NCBI GenBank assembly: GCA_033791845.1
Contig: JASJFX010000095.1
Location: 21,855 to 85,854, forward strand
Direction of reading: 5' to 3'
Source of the DNA: Lysobacterales bacterium
Lineage (GTDB): Bacteria > Pseudomonadota > Gammaproteobacteria > Xanthomonadales > SZUA-36
DNA: 64,000 nt
The position numbers and the translations under genes were made by a program. Positions 58,730 through 64,000 of the stretch are shown one piece after another. The notes beneath the pieces were generated by a model, which was not told the origin of the DNA, searched no databases, and worked only from the letters and a program-made list of their open reading frames with translations. Within the stretch, counting starts at the first letter, position 1, and every line of letters starts with the position of its first letter.

Positions 58730-59230
58730 TTATTCAGAGTCGGCTTCCTTCAATAACTCATAATCAAGCATCGTATCATCATCAAACAACCAACGGCCCT
58801 GGAATTGCTCACCACGCAACAACATGGGTAACCACAAGCGGTCATCTTCCCACATTTGTTCATAGGGAATCTCCTCCAAAGGAAACCAGAGGGGCTTTGC
58901 CTCGATGGTTTCAACGGGAATACCTTCAAACGTATCGCTGCTATACACCCAAACCAGCAATGAATAACCATCAATAAACTGAAAACGGTGCTGACCACAA
59001 TAGCGAAGCTTCGAAACAGTGATCCCCAGTTCTTCCTGGCATTCCCTTACAGCACAGGTTTCGGGGCTTTCACCCTTCTCAACCTTGCCGCCCGGTCCAT
59101 TGACCTTGCCTTTTCCAAGGCCGGTCTTTTTGTCAATCAACAGTATTTTTCCATCCCTGATGACAAATACGAGGGTAGCGGGGTCTTTGGGCTGCCAGTC
59201 AGCCCAGTCAATATCCGAAAGCTTTTTCAC
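58730..59230 (-). CDS. NUDIX hydrolase, MTH1/NUDT1-like 8-oxo-dGTP diphosphatase
   Basis: NUDIX box GPGGKVEKGESPETCAVRECQEELGI. The C-terminus IPYEQMWEDDRLWLPMLLRGEQFQGRWLF resembles human MTH1 ([24 protein letters not shown]). Confidence 0.75.
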   Translation of the reverse strand: MKKLSDIDWADWQPKDPATLVFVIRDGKILLIDKKTGLGKGKVNGPGGKVEKGESPETCAVRECQEELGITVSKLRYCGQHRFQFIDGYSLLVWVYSSDTFEGIPVETIEAKPLWFPLEEIPYEQMWEDDRLWLPMLLRGEQFQGRWLFDDDTMLDYELLKEADSE

Positions 59231-60366
59231 AATTGTTCGTTTTCAGACATGTTTTCATCACCCGCCAGGCGTTGCTTCGCTGCCTTCATATGACGTGTGA
59301 ATACCGCCTCATCACGCTGGGTAACCGCCGTGACGAGTTCACCCAGCACTTTCTGGAAATGCACGCTCACCTCTTCGGTATTTACATTTCCCTGCTGGAT
59401 TTCGTAATATAAATGCGGATTTTCAGATACAACCTGTGTTGCCACGTTCAATTGCGCATTGAAGGTTGAACTGGAAATCTGTTTGAGCAATGGTACTTTT
59501 TCGTGGCTTTGGGCCAGGGTGCCTGCAAAAGCAATATTCACCAGGTGCGAAAGCCCCAATACCCAGGCCATCACCTCATCGTGCTCCTCAAGACTCAACT
59601 CCACGCAGTCGGCAGCGGTATGCGCGAACAATGCACGGGCTTCGGCAATGGCTTCCTGGTTGCCCACATCCACGAACAGGATGTGTCGTCCGGACAAGCC
59701 GATCTCATCCGGGCCAAACATCGGATGCACCGAACACACGCGGCAGCCACTCTCACGCATCGCATCGAGACCTTCACGCATCGGGCTTTTTAAAGAACCG
59801 ATGTCAAATACAAGACATTCGGGCTTCAATTCTGCCAGTTGCAAGAGGATGTCATTGCTGGGTCTCAAGGGTACGGCAACCACAATCAGGTCATAATCTT
59901 TCACCTGCGCCTGCCAGTCATCCACCCGGTTAAAGGGTGTTTCATGATCAACCCGGTCTGCAACGTCCACCCTGTAACCCACCATGTCCAGGTAACGGGA
60001 CATCCATTCACCCATGCGGCCAAGTCCACCGATAACCAGCGCACGACGGCCCGCACCATGCTCGGACTGGACCAGCTTGTGGGTTTCCTGTTTGCTTAAG
60101 GAGTGATGGATCAGGGTTTGCATGATATCGCGCGCCACTGAGCCGGAAAGCCCAAGACTTTCTGCCCGCTCAACGCCGCGGTCAATGACTTCACGCTCTC
60201 TCTCGTAGTGCCTCAATGGCAAACCGGTTTTCAGCTTGTGCTCACCGATCGTGGTCACTACGGCCTGCCGCTCGGCGATCAGGTCGACAATACTGCTGTC
60301 AATTTCATCCAGACGGTGACGCAGTTCCAGCAACTCGGTTGGTGTTAAGGTTGAATTATTCGACAT
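59227..60366 (-). CDS. tyrA: Bifunctional chorismate mutase / prephenate dehydrogenase (T-protein)
   Basis: Chorismate mutase helix [26 protein letters not shown], then a Rossmann motif [13 protein letters not shown] and the prephenate dehydrogenase core. The ATG at 60366 is preferred and overlaps the tyrS stop by 11 nt. Confidence 0.85.
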   Translation of the reverse strand: MSNNSTLTPTELLELRHRLDEIDSSIVDLIAERQAVVTTIGEHKLKTGLPLRHYEREREVIDRGVERAESLGLSGSVARDIMQTLIHHSLSKQETHKLVQSEHGAGRRALVIGGLGRMGEWMSRYLDMVGYRVDVADRVDHETPFNRVDDWQAQVKDYDLIVVAVPLRPSNDILLQLAELKPECLVFDIGSLKSPMREGLDAMRESGCRVCSVHPMFGPDEIGLSGRHILFVDVGNQEAIAEARALFAHTAADCVELSLEEHDEVMAWVLGLSHLVNIAFAGTLAQSHEKVPLLKQISSSTFNAQLNVATQVVSENPHLYYEIQQGNVNTEEVSVHFQKVLGELVTAVTQRDEAVFTRHMKAAKQRLAGDENMSENEQL

Positions 60367-61555
60367 TGGCTCTGCAAAACTTGAGTTTGCCCACCTGTAA
60401 GATGCCATTGAAACCGGATTGGAGATGCAGTGAGCGGTCACTGACCTTGTCACCGTCTATACGTACACCACCCTGCTTGATCATTCGAAATGCCTCGGAG
60501 TTGCTGGAAGTCAGACCGCATTGTGTCAGTGCATTGGCGATACCGATGCCATTCTCGCCAGCCTGCAGCGTTTTCTCCGGAATATCGTCAGGCATCGCAC
60601 CGCCACGGAACCTTGCGATAAATGTTTCACGCGCCCTCTCAGCTGCCTCGCGGTCATGGAAACGCTCAACAATTTCTTCGCATAGCAGAAACTTGATATC
60701 TCTTGGGTTTGCGCCGTCCGCAACATTTTGCTTCAGCGCAGCCAACTCGTCATTGCTCCTGAAGCTCAACAAGTCAAAATAGCGCCACATCATTTCATCG
60801 GAGATCGACATCAACTTGCCGAACATGTCATCAGGCGCCTCGGTAATGCCCACATAATTATCCAGCGACTTTGACATTTTCTGCACACCATCCAGACCTT
60901 CCAGCAATGGCAGTGTAATGATCACCTGTGGTTCCTGACCGTATTGCTGCTGCAAGTGCCGGCCGACCAGCAGATTGAACTTCTGGTCTGTACCACCCAT
61001 CTCGACATCACTCTTGAGCATGACCGAATCGTAACCCTGTGCCAGTGGATAAAGCAGTTCGTGCATGCCGATCGGCTGACCGCTGCGATAACGGTTTTCG
61101 AAGTCATCCCGCTCCAACATACGTGCCAGCGTATATTTTGCAGCCAGCCGGATCATTCCCTCAGATCCGAGTGCACTCATCCATTCAGAGTTAAAGCGGA
61201 TTTTGGTCTTCTTGCGATCAAGGACCTTGAAGACCTGGGTCGCATAAGTGTCGGCGTTTTCCTGGACCTGTTCTTTTGTAAGCGGCTTTCGCGTTACGTT
61301 TTTCCCTGTCGGGTCGCCAATCATACCCGTGAAATCACCGATCAGAAACGTGACCTCATGTCCCAGGTCCTGGAATTGGCGCATTTTGTTGATGATCACC
61401 GTATGACCGATATGCAAATCGGGTGCTGTCGGATCAAAACCTACCTTGATACGCAGGGTTCTCCCCGATTCCAGTTTCTTTTGCAGGTCTTCGACCTTGA
61501 TAATTTCTTCTGTACCCCTCGAGATTAGCTCAAGGGCCTGTTTTGCATCTGTCAT
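60356..61555 (-). CDS. tyrS: Tyrosine--tRNA ligase (type 2, TyrZ-like)
   Basis: HIGH motif (PDLHIGHTV), KMSKS motif (QKMSKSL), and a C-terminal S4-like domain. Confidence 0.92.
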   Translation of the reverse strand: MTDAKQALELISRGTEEIIKVEDLQKKLESGRTLRIKVGFDPTAPDLHIGHTVIINKMRQFQDLGHEVTFLIGDFTGMIGDPTGKNVTRKPLTKEQVQENADTYATQVFKVLDRKKTKIRFNSEWMSALGSEGMIRLAAKYTLARMLERDDFENRYRSGQPIGMHELLYPLAQGYDSVMLKSDVEMGGTDQKFNLLVGRHLQQQYGQEPQVIITLPLLEGLDGVQKMSKSLDNYVGITEAPDDMFGKLMSISDEMMWRYFDLLSFRSNDELAALKQNVADGANPRDIKFLLCEEIVERFHDREAAERARETFIARFRGGAMPDDIPEKTLQAGENGIGIANALTQCGLTSSNSEAFRMIKQGGVRIDGDKVSDRSLHLQSGFNGILQVGKLKFCRANVE

Positions 61556-61770
61556 ACTGTCGGTCCATTTTCTGCCGTTAGTTTTGTGGCAGTGTAATAA
61601 GGAAGTGGCATTGTATTGCCTTGTTCAGTCAGCCTCTACCCCAAACTCTTCATAATGCATCATGAGACGGCAAATTCACACTCTGAATTCCGTCCTGTGT
61701 GGTATCTTATGCGCTGCCTGAACCCATGATCCCAATGATGGTCAATATGCAGCATGCAAAATAAGAACAA

Positions 61771-61890
61771 GGTCAGAGAAGGTGAGAGAAGGTGAGCCGG
61801 GAACCCGTCGAGAAGCCAGCCAGGGCTGCGGGGAACCCGTCGAGAAGCCAGCCTGGGCTGCCAGGTACCGGTCGAGAGGGTGCCCTGGGG
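61771..61890 (+). repeat. Composite tandem repeat: 3 x 10 bp followed by about 2.9 x 32 bp
   Basis: GGTCAGAGAA GGTGAGAGAA GGTGAGCCGG, then GGGAACCCGTCGAGAAGCCAGCC[A/T]GGGCTGC[G/C] at 61799 and 61831, and a degenerate third copy from 61863. Confidence 0.8.
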
Positions 61891-61902
61891 TATTTCCTTT
61901 CC

Positions 61903-63246
61903 GTGCTGACCGGAATATTGTCTCAGGTCAATTTCAAAATAACCCGAACCAAACTGATTCTGTTTGCCCTGACACTTATCGCCGTTGGCTTTGCGCTGGG
62001 CGGGCTTGAGCGGGCAGAGGAAGATGTTGACATCAGTCATAAAGTGGTCGACCTCGCTTTGCCGGAGAGACAGGACATATTGCTCCCTGCCCCTGATGGT
62101 TTGATACCGGGTTCAGGTGAAGAGACCACCACACCAGAAATCGAGCAATGGGAATCTGTCGCCGTACGTTCAGGGCAATCGCTGGACGGAATTTTCCGCG
62201 GACAGAATTTCAGTGCAAACACACTGCACGGGATCATGAACATCAACAAGGAAACCAAGCGGCTGAAGAACATACGCCCGGGCGACCTGTTCGAGTTCCA
62301 ACGTTATGAGGATGGTTCGCTTAAACGCATGCGTTATGCGATTGATGAAGACCGTTACCTGATCATCGATCACGACAGGCAAGAAGCGATGGCGAGTTTT
62401 GAGACACGTGACATGATCACGGAAATCACGGAAACCGGCGGCACGATCACATCTTCCCTCTTTTTAGCGGGTAAAAAGGCGGGTCTCAGCGATGGCATGG
62501 TAATGAAACTGGCAAACCTGTTTGGTTGGGATATCGATTTTGTCCTTGATATCCGCGAGGGCGACCGTTTCTTTCTGCTCTATGAGAAAGTTTACAGGGA
62601 TGGCGCCTTTCTGCGTGATGGCGAAATCATCGGCGCGACCTTTATTAACCAGGGTCAAAAATTCCAGGCACTGCGCTTTGACATTGACGGTCAGGCCCAA
62701 TACTTTGCACCCGATGGCCGAAATATGCGCAAGGCTTTCCTGCGAGCGCCTCTGAATTTCGCGTATATCAGTTCGAACTTCAACCCGAAGCGCTACCACC
62801 CCATTCTGAAACGCGTCAAAGCCCACAACGGAATTGATTACAAAGCACCCAGGGGCACCCCTGTTTATGCTGCAGGTGATGGCAAGGTCATCCGTTCAGG
62901 TTACAGCAAGTACAACGGTCACCACGTGTTCATCCAGCATGCGAACAGCATTGTCACGAAATACCTGCACTTCACCAAACGTACGGTTAAAAAAGGCCAG
63001 CGGGTAAAACAGGGGAAGGTCATCGGTTACGTCGGCGCTACCGGCCTGGCACAGGCACCACACCTTCATTACGAGTTTTTGCTCAATGGTGTTCATCGCA
63101 ATCCCCGCACGGTTTCATTACCCAAAGCTGATCCACTGGGTAAAAAGCAGTTGCTTGATTTTCAGCAGAAAGCAGCGCCGGTTCTGACACAGTTAAGCCG
63201 GCTTGAATCGGCCTCCATGTACGCTACCGCGACGGGCGATAAGTGA
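61903..63246 (+). CDS. M23 family peptidoglycan DD-metalloendopeptidase with OapA/LysM-like region (MepM/YebA-like). Start uncertain: GTG 61903, TTG 61918, or GTG 61792
   Basis: TM KLILFALTLIAVGFALGGL, an OapA-like segment (VAVRSGQSLDGIFRGQNF...IRPGDLFEF), and the M23 motifs HNGIDYKAPRGTPVYAAGDG and ATGLAQAPHLHYE. Confidence 0.8.
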   Translation: MLTGILSQVNFKITRTKLILFALTLIAVGFALGGLERAEEDVDISHKVVDLALPERQDILLPAPDGLIPGSGEETTTPEIEQWESVAVRSGQSLDGIFRGQNFSANTLHGIMNINKETKRLKNIRPGDLFEFQRYEDGSLKRMRYAIDEDRYLIIDHDRQEAMASFETRDMITEITETGGTITSSLFLAGKKAGLSDGMVMKLANLFGWDIDFVLDIREGDRFFLLYEKVYRDGAFLRDGEIIGATFINQGQKFQALRFDIDGQAQYFAPDGRNMRKAFLRAPLNFAYISSNFNPKRYHPILKRVKAHNGIDYKAPRGTPVYAAGDGKVIRSGYSKYNGHHVFIQHANSIVTKYLHFTKRTVKKGQRVKQGKVIGYVGATGLAQAPHLHYEFLLNGVHRNPRTVSLPKADPLGKKQLLDFQQKAAPVLTQLSRLESASMYATATGDK

Positions 63247-64000
63247 CTGATGAACTCTTCATTGGGATGTTATCCGGTACCAGCCGGGATGGTGTCGATG
63301 CTGTACTGGTGAACTTCAACAACGAATCAATGGAGATACTGCACGCCCTGTGCACGCCCTACCCGCCTGCGATTAAAAAGACACTTGATCAATTACTCGA
63401 AACCGGCGCACCACCAGGCCAAAAAGTGGCAGATCTTCTGGACGAAAACCTTGCTTTTTTCTTCGCCCGGGTCGCGCAAAACCTGGTTCGCGAAACCGGT
63501 CTGGAAATGCGTGATATAAGCGCCATTGGCTCGCATGGTCAAAATGTATGGCACCAGCCCCAGGGTGAAAACCCGGTGACCATTCAGTTTGGAAGGGGCG
63601 GTCTGATCGCCAGGAATACCAGTACAACGGTGGTAAACAACTTTCGGAGCGCAGACGTAAAAGCAGGTGGCCAGGGTGCACCCCTGGCGCCGTTGCTGCA
63701 TCGGTGCCTTTTCCATAGCGCAACAGAGAACCGGGCAGTTCTGAACATCGGCGGGATAGCCAACCTGACAATTCTGCCGGCCGAAGGGCCGGAGACAGGC
63801 TTTGACTGCGGCCCCGGTAGCTGCCTGATGGATGGCTGGGCCAGGCGCCAACTGCAAAAGGACTACGACAACAATGGCCGTTGGGCTGCAAAGGGTGAGT
63901 TAGACACCAACCTGCTCAGCCGCATGCTGGCGGACCCCTACTTCAGGGAAACACCGCCCAAGAGCACCGGCCTGGAGTACTTCAGCATGGGCTGGCTGGA
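63243..64000 (+). CDS. anmK: Anhydro-N-acetylmuramic acid kinase (partial; continues past the window; GTG start overlapping the M23 stop)
   Basis: Own translation: VTDELFIGMLSGTSRDGVDAVLV...IGSHGQNVWHQP...FRSADVKAGGQGAPLAP...NIGGIANLT...GPGSCLMD...PPKSTG. Confidence 0.85.
   Translation, partial: MTDELFIGMLSGTSRDGVDAVLVNFNNESMEILHALCTPYPPAIKKTLDQLLETGAPPGQKVADLLDENLAFFFARVAQNLVRETGLEMRDISAIGSHGQNVWHQPQGENPVTIQFGRGGLIARNTSTTVVNNFRSADVKAGGQGAPLAPLLHRCLFHSATENRAVLNIGGIANLTILPAEGPETGFDCGPGSCLMDGWARRQLQKDYDNNGRWAAKGELDTNLLSRMLADPYFRETPPKSTGLEYFSMGWL

Noticed and set aside
61799-61890. Possible CRISPR array, suggested by the ~32-bp repeats
   Set aside because: The repeats are directly adjacent with no spacers, there are only about 3 copies, and no cas genes are in the window.
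63373-63891. 172-aa and 154-aa minus-strand ORFs near the window end
   Set aside because: They are antisense to the clearly recognisable anmK reading frame (GMLSGTSRDGVD..., GGQGAPLAP).

Overview
This is a 64 kb chromosomal window from a gammaproteobacterium, about 50% GC, with Pseudomonas-like synteny. Most of it is housekeeping. It includes gltA (partial), rpmE2, hemW-rdgB-rph, the yicC-gmk-rpoZ-spoT-ridA-recG block, glnB, comM, and ruvX-algH-tonB-like-gshB. That last group sits divergent from a type IV pilus chemosensory (Pil-Chp) cluster: pilG-pilI-pilJ-chpA-chpC. Further along are rsmE, bioA, IMPase-nudE-cysQ, erpA, nudC, ampE-like/btuF-like, tspO, a rubrerythrin/CCG-FeS/DUF3501 trio, an acyl-CoA dehydrogenase, tauE, an M19 dipeptidase, an MTH1-like NUDIX, tyrA, tyrS, an M23 peptidase and anmK (partial). 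No rRNA or tRNA genes, CRISPR arrays, transposases or integrases were seen. Two accessory-looking islands stand out. (1) At 40.1-45.7 kb is a compact six-gene module, partly translationally coupled. A complete His-Asp-His-Asp phosphorelay (OmpR-type regulator, soluble hybrid kinase, Hpt) surrounds a eukaryote-like Ras/Rab small GTPase that lacks the catalytic Gln. It also contains a coiled-coil protein and a bitopic membrane protein that, by eye, combines a cytoplasmic Roadblock/LC7-like region with periplasmic BON-like and OmpA-like peptidoglycan-binding regions. I consider this the best candidate for an undescribed envelope-spanning GTPase signalling system. (2) At 16.4-23.0 kb is a 1796-aa DUF11-repeat surface protein ending in an IPTL-CTERM sorting signal, divergent from an orphan LytTR response regulator. 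Smaller non-coding curiosities are a palindrome-overlapped promoter plus terminator (a candidate ~90-nt sRNA or leader), a nested inverted-repeat element, and composite tandem repeats upstream of the M23 peptidase gene. All domain calls come from reading motifs in the supplied translations. No searches were run.
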